Source: an uncultured Gammaproteobacteria bacterium
GTDB lineage: Bacteria; Patescibacteriota; Microgenomatia; Daviesbacterales; UBA10151
Direction of reading: 5' to 3'
Assembly: GCA_964406775.1 (NCBI GenBank)
Contig: CAYOSW010000001.1
Coordinates: forward strand, 10,474-74,473
DNA: 64,000 nucleotides
Shown one piece after another: positions 1-9,035 of the stretch. Position numbers and translations under genes: made by a program. Below the pieces are notes generated by a model. The model was not told the DNA's origin. It did no database searches and saw nothing but the letters and a program-made list of their open reading frames with translations. Within the stretch, counting starts at the first letter, position 1; each line of letters starts with the position of its first letter.

Positions 1-830
1 CCTACTCATCTTGGGAGGCCGCATATGGAGGAAACACTCATTCTATGCAATCTGATCCACAACTAACTGATCCGGGATCTGCTAATTTTACTCTTCGGGC
101 CGGTTCTCCGGCTATTAATGCCGGTGTTGTATTATCTGGTATCAATGATGGATATAGCGGTTCGGCTCCTGACCTGGGAGCTTTTGAATATATATTCCCA
201 AGTTCTAACTCCCCATCTCAAAGTAATCCCGGCCCTGCTTCTTGTACAGATAGTGCACCGACAGGAACACCAGATTTATTTCAAATAGATGCAACTCCTA
301 CTCAAGCAACATTATATTTTGCTCCTGTTTCTGGATCAGTGAGCAGCTATTATATTTCCTATGGTTTATCCTCAGGAAACTATCAATATGGCACAAATTT
401 ACCCTCGAATCCTACAGGAGGTGCATTGTCTTACACAATAAACTCCTTAGCCCCTAATACCACCTATTACTTCACTATTCGTTCAGGAAATGGCTGTGCA
501 CCAGGAAAGTGGAGTAATGAGATGAGTGCCAAAACAGCTAAAAAGGGCGCATCAAATGGAATTAGTTACTTTAAGAATTTTCCTGCAAGAGTCTACTCAA
601 TTGTGCCTAAAAAAGTGTCTGTTCTGCAAACTACTGCTTCTAAGAAAAACGTAAATACTAAATCTCAAACAAGTGGAAGTTGTGAGTATATTGTCCAATC
701 TGGAGATTCTTTATGGAGTATTGCGAGTTTCCAACTAGGAAGTGGAAAACTTTACAAAGAAATTATGGAAAAGAATAACTTAGATTCTACATCACTTCAT
801 AATGGGCAAAAGCTTAAAGTCGGTTGTTAA
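1..830 (+). CDS. 5'-truncated secreted protein: beta-helix C-terminal repeat, Cys-bracketed FN3-like domain, C-terminal LysM domain
   Basis: Frame is open to window start. 'GSPAINAGV...SAPDLGAFEY' is a typical right-handed beta-helix ending. 'TLYFAPVSG...YYFTIRSGNGCAPGKWS' is FN3-like. 'EYIVQSGDSLWSIAS...LHNGQKLKV' is LysM. G+C drops in the 3' half. Confidence 0.5.
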   Translation, partial: YSSWEAAYGGNTHSMQSDPQLTDPGSANFTLRAGSPAINAGVVLSGINDGYSGSAPDLGAFEYIFPSSNSPSQSNPGPASCTDSAPTGTPDLFQIDATPTQATLYFAPVSGSVSSYYISYGLSSGNYQYGTNLPSNPTGGALSYTINSLAPNTTYYFTIRSGNGCAPGKWSNEMSAKTAKKGASNGISYFKNFPARVYSIVPKKVSVLQTTASKKNVNTKSQTSGSCEYIVQSGDSLWSIASFQLGSGKLYKEIMEKNNLDSTSLHNGQKLKVGC

Positions 831-938
831 TTATTTCTTAAGTTTCTAAGGGTTGCACCCCTCTTTTGCAAGGGTATATGAACGAGATCGTTGTCTCGCC
901 CTTGCAAAATTCACCCGGCTGTTTAGAAAGCATGTATT

Positions 939-959
939 GGAAGCAAGCAGGCTGCTTCC
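939..959 (+). terminator. Hairpin GGAAGCA-N7-TGCTTCC followed by an A/T-rich tail; possible terminator of the upstream gene
   Basis: Perfect 7-bp stem read directly. The T-run is weak and interrupted. Confidence 0.3.
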
Positions 960-1011
960 ATAAAACTAATTCTTTTAGGAAAAAATCTACAGCCGGAAAG
1001 GAGGGATATAT

Positions 1012-1440
1012 ATGAGTGCTTTTATGGTTGAAGACAAAACTATTAATAGAGTTGTCACTTGGTTAGGAAACGAAGTTAAGAAATCGGAAGGTTACGATCT
1101 TAAAGAGAAATTAGAGGAACTAAACTATAATCTTACTTCTGATGAATGGGAAGAAATTTTAGCCAAGGACATGTTTCAATTAAATACTGATGGCGTGAAT
1201 GCTAGGTATGGAAATGGTGAAGCAGAAAAGTTTAGACCACTGGATTTTCAATACCAATCGGAATATTCTTTTACAACTGTACAGATATTAAAGTCTTTAC
1301 AATGTTGGCTTTATCAGTGTACTGAAGGAAATCTACCAAAAACAGAACTCTATCAGTTTTTTGATAATGTTGTTGAGACATATCTACTCAAAAAAATTGT
1401 TTATGCTCTTCCTCAGTATGATAGTGCTGAGTGGGCTTAA
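1012..1440 (+). CDS. Hypothetical protein (142 aa), first gene of the AT-rich island
   Basis: Strong RBS 'AAGGAGG' 7 nt upstream of ATG. No recognisable motifs. Confidence 0.5.
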   Translation: MSAFMVEDKTINRVVTWLGNEVKKSEGYDLKEKLEELNYNLTSDEWEEILAKDMFQLNTDGVNARYGNGEAEKFRPLDFQYQSEYSFTTVQILKSLQCWLYQCTEGNLPKTELYQFFDNVVETYLLKKIVYALPQYDSAEWA

Positions 1441-1447
1441 AAAATTA

Positions 1448-1472
1448 CTAACCACCTCTGCCCGGTGGTTAG
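1448..1472. terminator. Bidirectional intrinsic terminator between convergent genes
   Basis: 9-bp stem CTAACCACC / GGTGGTTAG with a 7-nt loop. T-rich on the minus-strand side and pyrimidine-rich on the plus side. Confidence 0.5.
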
Positions 1473-1473
1473 C

Positions 1474-2289
1474 CTATTCTACTTTCTGCCAAAGTGTTTT
1501 TGGATCTTTTGTTTTGATGGCATTTTTAGTTTCTAGAAATAGTTGAATATCAGCGGTAATAGCTTTTTGTAAAACTGCCTGCCCATATTTAAAAATATGA
1601 AATTTTAGACTATCTGTAGGTAACACAAATAATATTGCAGGAAATGGACTGTTATTAGTATTTTCCTGCCAGGTATTATCATTGAAATACTTTATATACT
1701 CCTGTATTCTTTGTCTGGGTAACCACTTAGGATCTGAGTCTTTAAAGATATGCAAGAAAAATCTTCTTATTTTATTTCCTTCCTGAAAAACAACATAAGC
1801 ATCTAGTTCAGTTTTAGGAAAGTAATCAAATTTTGTTAAATTAGATTGGGTAAAAAACTTAAGTTCTTCGTTTGGATTTTTTTGAGACAATAAAAAGAGA
1901 AACATATCAACAATTTCTCTACAGTGATTTTTAAAAATAGGTTTTCTGCTTTTTTCTCTGTAAACCTTTTCTAAAACGGTAATATCATAACCGTCTAATT
2001 TCTTGAGAAATTTTCTTCCCAGTGGGGCAAGAAAATAATTAGCTGGTTTTCTGTTTTCATTTATATCGGTTCTTTTGTAGTCTGTATCTATATACTTTAA
2101 AGTTGTTAATTCTTTTAGCCATTCTTGGGTAGTTGATGGATCTTTATGGTTAAATAGTTTTTGGAATTGATAGGTGTTAATGAAGCGGAATTTATAGATA
2201 TCTTTGATGATTTGTTGTTGATTAAGTGTAATCTTTGGTAGAGTATCGTGAAGTTTTGAGTCAGTTTGTTTTTTAGTCAGTCTTTTCAT
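1474..2289 (-). CDS. Replication-relaxation (Replic_Relax) family protein, typical of conjugative/mobilizable elements
   Basis: N-terminal 'LTLNQQQIIKDIYKFRFINTYQFQKLF' matches the winged-helix start of the Replic_Relax family. Lies next to a coupling-protein gene. Confidence 0.55.
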   Translation of the reverse strand: MKRLTKKQTDSKLHDTLPKITLNQQQIIKDIYKFRFINTYQFQKLFNHKDPSTTQEWLKELTTLKYIDTDYKRTDINENRKPANYFLAPLGRKFLKKLDGYDITVLEKVYREKSRKPIFKNHCREIVDMFLFLLSQKNPNEELKFFTQSNLTKFDYFPKTELDAYVVFQEGNKIRRFFLHIFKDSDPKWLPRQRIQEYIKYFNDNTWQENTNNSPFPAILFVLPTDSLKFHIFKYGQAVLQKAITADIQLFLETKNAIKTKDPKTLWQKVE

Positions 2290-2393
2290 TTTTTACTTCC
2301 TCTTATATTTATATAAGTAATAATAAAGCAGGATTTTTATTCTATTTAGCTTTAATTTTGTTTATTTTTTGCCAGTACGGGTATTGGCAATTA

Positions 2394-5114
2394 TTAGACA
2401 TTTTGGAATTCAGGCATATTAGGAACTCCGCCAGTATTTTTAACCTCTGGAATTTCTTCTGAAGCTTTATTTACTAAAGTTTTAACCTTTTTTATTCCCT
2501 CCGGTTTTTTATAAACAATGGCATTGTTTTTTCTGGATGCTGCCATGAGTTTTTCGATCTTCTTAACATTTTTAACAACCTCTATTTTGATCGTTTCTCC
2601 GGAAAACGGTTCTTCTGACTCAATGGCTGACATCTTAATATAGAACTTGTACCTAGGAAGAGATTGTATTTCACCCTTTTCAACATAAGGGTACAGTTGG
2701 GAGAGAAGTAGCTCTTCATCTATCGGATTACCAGTTCTAAAAGTTACTACTGTCGTAACGTTTGAAAGAATAATATTCACAATACTTCTATCTTGTTGTT
2801 GAGAGGTTGATTGTTCGGCAATACAAACATCTAGTCCATACTTTCTGCCCTCGGATAACATTTTAGCAAAGGATAAAGTTGCAAAGTTTTGAAACTCATC
2901 AACATATAAATGAAATTGTTTTCTTTTCGCTTGTGGAATATCTGCCCGTTTTAATGCTGCTTGTTGGAGCTTAGTTAAAATGGTTGTTCCTAACAGTCTT
3001 GCGGTATCCTCACCTAACTTCCCTTGAGAAAAGTTACATATTAGAATTTTCCCATCTAAAATATCTCTAAAATTAATTGTTGATTTTTTCTGCTCAAGGA
3101 TTCTTTTTGCAGTAGGAGAAAAAAGAAATCTTCCAATCTTAGCTGTGACACCACTGACCATTTTAACCACCTGATAATCACCAGCTCTGCCAAACTCAAA
3201 CTTCCAGAAGTTCTTTAAGTTCTCATCTTGAAGTTTAGCAACTACTTGTTTTTGGAAGGTAGGATTATTAAGAAGATCATATAACGTAAAAATAGTTGGG
3301 CTTTCAGTTGTAAAAGCAGTATGAATAGTATTTCTTAAAATATATTCAATTCGATGAGCATTAGCATTTTCTTCTTTTGAGAATACTTTTCTAAATAAAG
3401 ATACAACTCCTTCTGCTACAACTTCTTTTTCAAGTTCTGCTTCATCCTCATCAAGCCCAGGAGTAAGCTCTAATAAGTTAATGCCTACCGGATGTTTTAA
3501 ATCAAAAGGATTGAGATAGACTAAATCATTTATTCTCTTTTCAGGTATACAAGTTAGTAAATCTTCAGAGACATCACCATGAGGATCAAGAAATGCCATC
3601 CCTGCCCCTTGCTCGATATCATGCTTAGCCATTGAAAACATTAAGGTGGTTTTTCCAGATCCAGTTCTTCCAATAATATACATATGGGTTTTTCTCTCTT
3701 CTTCAGAAAGCCCAATTATTGTTTCCGTTCCTCCATAGGTGTTTTTTCCCAGAACAACAGATAATTGTTTGTTATTCTTTAATGAAACCGGCGCAGGAAG
3801 TTCTTTGCTATGTGCTTTAATAATATTTTCTGTTTGAGTAACTCTAGTAAAAGGAAAATGATAAAGGTCGGATATTTCAGAGACTGATAAAACAGTTGGA
3901 CTACTATTAAAAGAAAAAGACAATAATCTCTTTTTAAAATTAAGAAAGAGGAACTTATTAAATCCAGAAAATGGGAAAGTCATTTTCTTTTTTAAAGATT
4001 GACTACTAGGAGTAGTAAAAATACCTAAAGAAGAATTAAAACCTCTTACTCTTTCCGATAATTCATGTTTATCTTTCATTCCGATAAGCACTCTAATTCT
4101 TGCTTCAAATAATGGCTGATCAATTTTTTCCTCAATAGCTCTCACTGCCTCTTGTTCAAAGTTAGTTAATACTCTCGCTGGCTTTTGTAGGTTCTGTGAA
4201 TTGTAATATGCCATATACTGCATTTGGGATTGTCTGGCTGCCATTTTGGCATCACCTAAATCGTTAACAACAGTCCTTAAAGCCCACCCTAAAACACCCA
4301 GGGCAATTTTAATCATGGTAATAGGAAACTTCAGAATACTTATTAATTGGGAGCTACTTAACTCATTTATATATCCCAAAGCATCTTCACCTCTTAAAAT
4401 CTTTTGTTTGATATATGCCGTGCTGTTTCTTTGAGTTGGAGATAATACTATTTGAAACGAGATGAGTTCTTGAGGAGATAATTTAGTCATCATTCCGGTA
4501 ATGTAGGCAACTGGATCATGTTCGATTAATACATTTTGTTTTTGGAGTGGATAGGCAAAATGTTTTGTTAAATCAAATTCAATAACTTTACTGTGAAAGT
4601 TCGGGAGATCTGATATTTTCTCCGGTAAATACTCATTGGCAACTTTGACACTGACTTGAGGTAGATATGAAAGCAAACTTCGCTTGAGATTATTTACTTG
4701 ATGAGGAGAGGTTCTTATTAAATATCTAATACCTTGTTTTTGCGTAGACACAATCTCACAAGCAAAAACAATCTTCTTCCCAATTACTTTATCCCAAAGT
4801 GATCGCTCCTTTCCTAAATTATGGATAACTGAGAATAATTGTTGTGTTGTATACGCTGTCTTTTCTGTAGTTGCCGGAGGTGTGAGTTCTAAAAGAATAG
4901 ATTTTTCTGTGAATGATTTTTTAAAAGAGATAACTTTACGGATTATATAGAGAAGACAAATAAAAACTATTCCAGTTAATAGAAACGGTAATAAGGAAAT
5001 TGATGCACTAGAATTTACCTGAGGAAGTGCTTTCGAGTGAAAGAATTGATTTAATAAATAATCTGCTCGTAAATGCTGGATGTCCATAAAACTACCCTTA
5101 TAGGGCAGTTTCAA
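2394..5114 (-). CDS. Type IV coupling protein-like P-loop ATPase (VirD4/TraD/TrwB family) with N-terminal TM segment and ~390-aa N-terminal extension
   Basis: TM helix 'ISLLPFLLTGIVFICLLYII'. Walker A 'IIGRTGSGKTTLMF' is followed by 'FLDPHGD' (TrwB/TraD AAD-binding signature). Walker-B-like 'HLYVDEFQNFA'. Confidence 0.65.
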   Translation of the reverse strand: MKLPYKGSFMDIQHLRADYLLNQFFHSKALPQVNSSASISLLPFLLTGIVFICLLYIIRKVISFKKSFTEKSILLELTPPATTEKTAYTTQQLFSVIHNLGKERSLWDKVIGKKIVFACEIVSTQKQGIRYLIRTSPHQVNNLKRSLLSYLPQVSVKVANEYLPEKISDLPNFHSKVIEFDLTKHFAYPLQKQNVLIEHDPVAYITGMMTKLSPQELISFQIVLSPTQRNSTAYIKQKILRGEDALGYINELSSSQLISILKFPITMIKIALGVLGWALRTVVNDLGDAKMAARQSQMQYMAYYNSQNLQKPARVLTNFEQEAVRAIEEKIDQPLFEARIRVLIGMKDKHELSERVRGFNSSLGIFTTPSSQSLKKKMTFPFSGFNKFLFLNFKKRLLSFSFNSSPTVLSVSEISDLYHFPFTRVTQTENIIKAHSKELPAPVSLKNNKQLSVVLGKNTYGGTETIIGLSEEERKTHMYIIGRTGSGKTTLMFSMAKHDIEQGAGMAFLDPHGDVSEDLLTCIPEKRINDLVYLNPFDLKHPVGINLLELTPGLDEDEAELEKEVVAEGVVSLFRKVFSKEENANAHRIEYILRNTIHTAFTTESPTIFTLYDLLNNPTFQKQVVAKLQDENLKNFWKFEFGRAGDYQVVKMVSGVTAKIGRFLFSPTAKRILEQKKSTINFRDILDGKILICNFSQGKLGEDTARLLGTTILTKLQQAALKRADIPQAKRKQFHLYVDEFQNFATLSFAKMLSEGRKYGLDVCIAEQSTSQQQDRSIVNIILSNVTTVVTFRTGNPIDEELLLSQLYPYVEKGEIQSLPRYKFYIKMSAIESEEPFSGETIKIEVVKNVKKIEKLMAASRKNNAIVYKKPEGIKKVKTLVNKASEEIPEVKNTGGVPNMPEFQNV

Positions 5115-5204
5115 AGCAACGTAAGTATATCATAAAGCTAATTCGTGCTTGACAACTATCTATATTTAGATATATACTACTATCTATATCTCGATAGTTA
5201 AGTA
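5115..5204. promoter_or_regulatory. Divergent promoter region of the island with repeated/palindromic motifs
   Basis: TTGACA (5149-5154), 18-nt spacer, TATACT (5173-5178) on the plus strand. The same hexamer reads TTGTCA-N15-TATGAT on the minus strand. Direct repeat ACTATCTATAT x2. Outer inverted repeat AACTATC...GATAGTT. Confidence 0.35.
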
Positions 5205-5639
5205 TTGAATATGCAAGCTATAAATCTATCATTATTCTCAGACGATAACTCTACAAAAACTCCTTATATTCCAAATAGTGAGAAACAAGCGAAACAAATA
5301 CCTAAAGTAGCAGAAGAACAAATATTAACACCAGTAGCAGAGATACTAGGTAAGGTTGCTGTTCAACCTCCTAAAAATATTGGACCTACTGAACTTCTCT
5401 CTCAGTCAATTAGTAACTCTTTAAATTCACTTTTTCCAGAACAACAATATGATGATAAAGATATTCAAAAAGCTAAACAAATACTTGGAGAAATTGCCAA
5501 TCAGTTTAGTCCGGAAGAATTAAAAGTGGCAGTTACTGAGATTCAATATCTGGTAAGCACTTGGATAGATGATTTTGAAAAAGAAATCTTTGATGGAAAA
5601 ACTCTAAGAGAATTATTGCATGAGAAAGGTAGTCTATGA
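5205..5639 (+). CDS. Hypothetical protein (144 aa from a TTG start; 142 aa if the ATG at 5211 is the true start), overlapping the integrase start by 4 bp (ATGA)
   Basis: Overlap suggests translational coupling with the downstream recombinase. No motif recognised. Could be an accessory or directionality factor. Confidence 0.45.
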   Translation: MNMQAINLSLFSDDNSTKTPYIPNSEKQAKQIPKVAEEQILTPVAEILGKVAVQPPKNIGPTELLSQSISNSLNSLFPEQQYDDKDIQKAKQILGEIANQFSPEELKVAVTEIQYLVSTWIDDFEKEIFDGKTLRELLHEKGSL

Positions 5640-7198
5640 ACAATATTATTCGTGATGATGGTAAAAAAGCGATTATTTACTTGAGAGTTTCTTCTGAAGA
5701 ACAAATAGATAACTTTTCTTTGGATACTCAGGAGGATATATGCCGAAAAGAAGCTCTAAAACGAGGCTATGAGGTTATTGAAGTATTCAGAGAAGAAGGT
5801 AAATCTGCTAAAAGTATTTTGGGTAGAACTGTTTTATTAAATCTACTTGAGTATTGTCGGAAGAAGAGCAATAAAGTCCAAGCTGTTTTTGTATACCGCT
5901 TAGATCGTATCTCCAGACAAACTGCTGATTATTTAGCTATTAGGAAAAAATTAGCTGAAAACGGTGCAAATATAATATCTGCTACAGAACCTACAGGGGA
6001 TAGTCCAACTGAAAAGTTAGTAGAGACTATATTAGCTGGATTTGCTCAACTGGATAATGATATTAGAAGTGAAAGAACAAAAAATGGCCTAAGAGCAAGA
6101 TTTAAAGCTGGACTCATTGGTAGGAAACCTCCAATAGGATATATTTCTCAGAGTGGTTATGCAGTAAAAGACCCTGAAACTTGGGATAATATAAAAAAGG
6201 CTTGGGATTTAATGGCAACCGGAACAAAGAGTTTAGCCGAAATGGCTAAAATTATGAATGAATGGGGAGTAAGAATAGTTACTAAGCAACAAACATATAC
6301 ATTAAGACCACAAACAGCTAATAGAATCTTCAGACAGAAATTCTACATGGGAATTGTTACTTCAGATAAATATCCGGAAGAAGTTAAAGGTCAACATATT
6401 CCTATGATTACTGAACAACAATATTATAAAGTGCAGGCAATTTTAGATGGGAGAAATGTTAATAAAGTGGCACTTGCTAAGAGAAATAGCGAAAATCCAG
6501 AATTTCCGTTGAGACGATTAGTTAAATGTTCTAAATGCGGTATGGGTTTAACTGCCGGATGGAGCAAAGGGAGAAACGCCAAGTATCCTTATTATCGTTG
6601 TGGAGGGCGTTGCGTAGCATCATCTATTAAAGTAGATGTTTTAGAAAATACTTTAATAGATCTTTTGAAACAAATTACTCCTACAAAAAAAGGACTAACT
6701 CTCTTTATTGCCTTTTTATACAAAACATACAACGAGCGACTTTCCAGATTGCAAAAGATTAATAGTGAAGCGGATGACGAAATTACACGTCTACAGACTA
6801 TGAGAAAGTTACTTGTTGAGAAAAATATTACGGGTGTTTATTCCGACGAAATATTCAAAGAACAAAACGCCATTATTGAAGACAAAATGATTCGAGCACA
6901 AGTTGTTAAAGATGATGCAACTATAGATAAATATAATATTGATGCTTTAACCAGCTTTATTAAGACATTACTGGCAGATTTAGGAGAAACGTACAAGAGA
7001 TCCAATATAAATCAGCTTCGTGTGCTGCTTGGTTCAATCTTCCCTGATGGACTAGCTTGGAACTATGAAGGCACATTGAACCATAGGATTAGCCCGATAT
7101 ATCAAGCTATTCGGGATAGTGAAAAGAATACTATCCCCTTTGGTACCGCGTACGGGAGTCGAACCCGTGATTACTGGGATGAAAACCCAGCGTCCTAA
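5636..7198 (+). CDS. Large serine recombinase (serine integrase)
   Basis: Resolvase catalytic domain 'AIIYLRVSSEEQ...VFVYRLDRISRQ'. Recombinase domain. Zinc ribbon 'CSKCG...YYRCGGRC'. Coiled-coil C-terminus. The last ~19 codons lie antisense within tRNA-Glu. Confidence 0.85.
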   Translation: MNNIIRDDGKKAIIYLRVSSEEQIDNFSLDTQEDICRKEALKRGYEVIEVFREEGKSAKSILGRTVLLNLLEYCRKKSNKVQAVFVYRLDRISRQTADYLAIRKKLAENGANIISATEPTGDSPTEKLVETILAGFAQLDNDIRSERTKNGLRARFKAGLIGRKPPIGYISQSGYAVKDPETWDNIKKAWDLMATGTKSLAEMAKIMNEWGVRIVTKQQTYTLRPQTANRIFRQKFYMGIVTSDKYPEEVKGQHIPMITEQQYYKVQAILDGRNVNKVALAKRNSENPEFPLRRLVKCSKCGMGLTAGWSKGRNAKYPYYRCGGRCVASSIKVDVLENTLIDLLKQITPTKKGLTLFIAFLYKTYNERLSRLQKINSEADDEITRLQTMRKLLVEKNITGVYSDEIFKEQNAIIEDKMIRAQVVKDDATIDKYNIDALTSFIKTLLADLGETYKRSNINQLRVLLGSIFPDGLAWNYEGTLNHRISPIYQAIRDSEKNTIPFGTAYGSRTRDYWDENPAS

Positions 7199-7216
7199 CC
7201 ACTAGACGAACGCGGC
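7141..7216 (-). tRNA. tRNA-Glu (anticodon UUC), CCA encoded
   Basis: Hand-folded. Acceptor GCCGCGU/ACGCGGU. D-stem CGUC/GACG. Anticodon stem CUGGG/CCCAG with loop UUUUCAU. T-arm ACGGG-UUCGACU-CCCGU. Discriminator A then CCA. Confidence 0.8.
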
Positions 7217-7545
7217 GCGTCGGAGTGTGCTCACAAGTTCGTTTTGTTTTCACAAAAGCTGAACTTACCACTACTCCTCCTTTCAAAATTGCTTTGCAAT
7301 TTTGGCAAAAGGCAATCAAGAAAAGCCCTGAAATTTTATCAAAAACTGAAAGAATAGTCTAATATCTCTTTAAGATCTCTTTGATGTTGTTTAATGCAGT
7401 TTTAATTAGTTGACCTGAGCCGTGAAAATCGCTATTTTATTAGTCCAGCGTAAGTTGGGTTTCTCGCTAAAACATATACTTACTGTCTAAGTTTGTTTAT
7501 GTATGAAGTTTTAGCAATAAGACTTTGTATGGCGAGAGAGGAAAA

Positions 7546-7565
7546 AGCCCCGCAAGGGGCTTTTT
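7546..7565. terminator. Bidirectional intrinsic terminator (AAAAAGCCCC-GCAA-GGGGCUUUUU) downstream of the P450 gene
   Basis: Perfect 5-bp GC stem with a GNRA-like loop, flanked by an A-run and a T-run. Confidence 0.6.
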
Positions 7566-7577
7566 CTGTGTTAGGGG

Positions 7578-8942
7578 TTATATTTTCCGGATAGTTGCGC
7601 TGATTGGTTTATCCGGGCGCAGCACCGCAAGAGGAGCCGGTTTTGCATCCGTATCAGCGTGAATATCGTGGCCCTGCAGCATTGTAGCGAGAATAAGCGG
7701 GCCTTCAACCATAGCTAAAGCCTGGCCGATACAGGACCTCTCCCCGGTTCCGAACGGGATAAATGATTCCCGCACTGCTGGCCTTTTATCATAAAACCTC
7801 TCCGGTCTGAATTTTTCCGGTTCGTCCCAATAGTCAGGGTGACGGTGTGTCAAATAAGAACAAACGGCAATCACCGAATCTTTTTCTATTGTCTCGCCCG
7901 TTGTGAATCCGATATCTTCCGTTGCCTTGCGGGTAAAGATCCATACCGGAGGAGTTAGTCTCATTGATTCTTCCATCACCGCTTTATGCCATTTTAATGA
8001 CCGGACTTTTTCGAGATCAGGTAGTCCTCCTCTCATCACTTCCTGCGACTCTTTTCTTAAAAGTTCAAGATGCTGCGCATTTTCCGGTTTGGATAAATTC
8101 ATAAAAGTCCAGGTCAGGGCTGTAGAAGTAGTTTCGTGACCGGCCAGAAGAAACATCAATGCCTCGTTAACTAAAGCGTCGCGGTTTGCCTGAGTGGGAC
8201 GCTGTAATCCCTCTTTTACCATTAAGCCGAAGAGCTCATTCTTATTCGGATCGTCATAGCCGCGGCTTAAAATATCCCCGCCGGTTGCCCTTAAATTTGT
8301 CAGCGCTTGTCTGACAGTTCTGAATAAAGGAGTTTCCAGAAGATGAACCGGCAATCCGCCCATTCTGAGCGTATAACTGTAAAAATCCAAAGCTGTAGTT
8401 AAATCGCGGTTTAAACGGACAGTTTCCTCGGGTGTAGCCTGGTATCCGAAAAAAGCTTCGGTAGCGATTCTTAATGTAAGTGACGTTAAATCCGCACTCA
8501 AGTCGGGTGTTACGGGATTTCCGACCCGCCTGGGATAATCAGTTTCCCAGGAATCTAGGGTTGCCCCTGCCTGTGCCGATATTACCGGAATATAGGATGC
8601 CAGCATTTTCCGGTGAAAAGCCGGAAGAGCCATCTGTCTGCGCCATTTCCATTCTTCTCCGTCGGCAATATCCAGCATATTTGTGCCTATCAGACGGCGC
8701 ATAATTTCCGAATCAAAGCCTGCTTTATCTATTTTGTCTTCGTGAGTCGAAAAAAGTTCACCTATAAGTAACGGATCTGAGAGTAAAATCCCTCGGCGGC
8801 TTAGAAAATTAACTTTAGCAAAACCTCCGCGAGAAGCAAATATTTGTCCTATTCCTTCAAGCGGGCTGTGTGAAAATACGTATGCTGCCCCGAGGGCTTC
8901 TGCAAATCCCAATTTCGGTTCGTGAACGATAGCCATAGCCAA
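7578..8942 (-). CDS. Cytochrome P450 monooxygenase
   Basis: Heme-ligand loop 'FGTGERSCIGQALA'. I-helix 'LLAGHETTS'. K-helix 'EESMRL'. 454 aa. Confidence 0.9.
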   Translation of the reverse strand: MAMAIVHEPKLGFAEALGAAYVFSHSPLEGIGQIFASRGGFAKVNFLSRRGILLSDPLLIGELFSTHEDKIDKAGFDSEIMRRLIGTNMLDIADGEEWKWRRQMALPAFHRKMLASYIPVISAQAGATLDSWETDYPRRVGNPVTPDLSADLTSLTLRIATEAFFGYQATPEETVRLNRDLTTALDFYSYTLRMGGLPVHLLETPLFRTVRQALTNLRATGGDILSRGYDDPNKNELFGLMVKEGLQRPTQANRDALVNEALMFLLAGHETTSTALTWTFMNLSKPENAQHLELLRKESQEVMRGGLPDLEKVRSLKWHKAVMEESMRLTPPVWIFTRKATEDIGFTTGETIEKDSVIAVCSYLTHRHPDYWDEPEKFRPERFYDKRPAVRESFIPFGTGERSCIGQALAMVEGPLILATMLQGHDIHADTDAKPAPLAVLRPDKPISATIRKI

Positions 8943-9035
8943 ATATTATAAAACAGTTCATACTCTATTACAACCTATAGTTCATTGAAACAAGCTACTA
9001 TGCTGGAGCGAAGTGGCTGAGACCGGTAATTCTCA

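Larger units (their letters stand above)
1012..7216. mobile_element. Integrated mobilizable element (serine integrase + T4CP-like ATPase + Replic_Relax protein) abutting tRNA-Glu. Left boundary unresolved and may lie upstream of 1012.
   Basis: Visibly AT-rich (about one-third G+C by eye) against ~45-50% in flanking genes. Gene content and tRNA adjacency fit an integrative element. No tra/T4SS pore genes are visible. Confidence 0.5.

Noticed and set aside
4246-4434. 62-aa plus-strand ORF inside the T4CP-like gene
   Set aside because: Antisense to a well-supported 906-aa gene.
7131-7319. 62-aa ORF overlapping tRNA-Glu
   Set aside because: It coincides with a well-folded tRNA and the end of the integrase, with no other coding signal.
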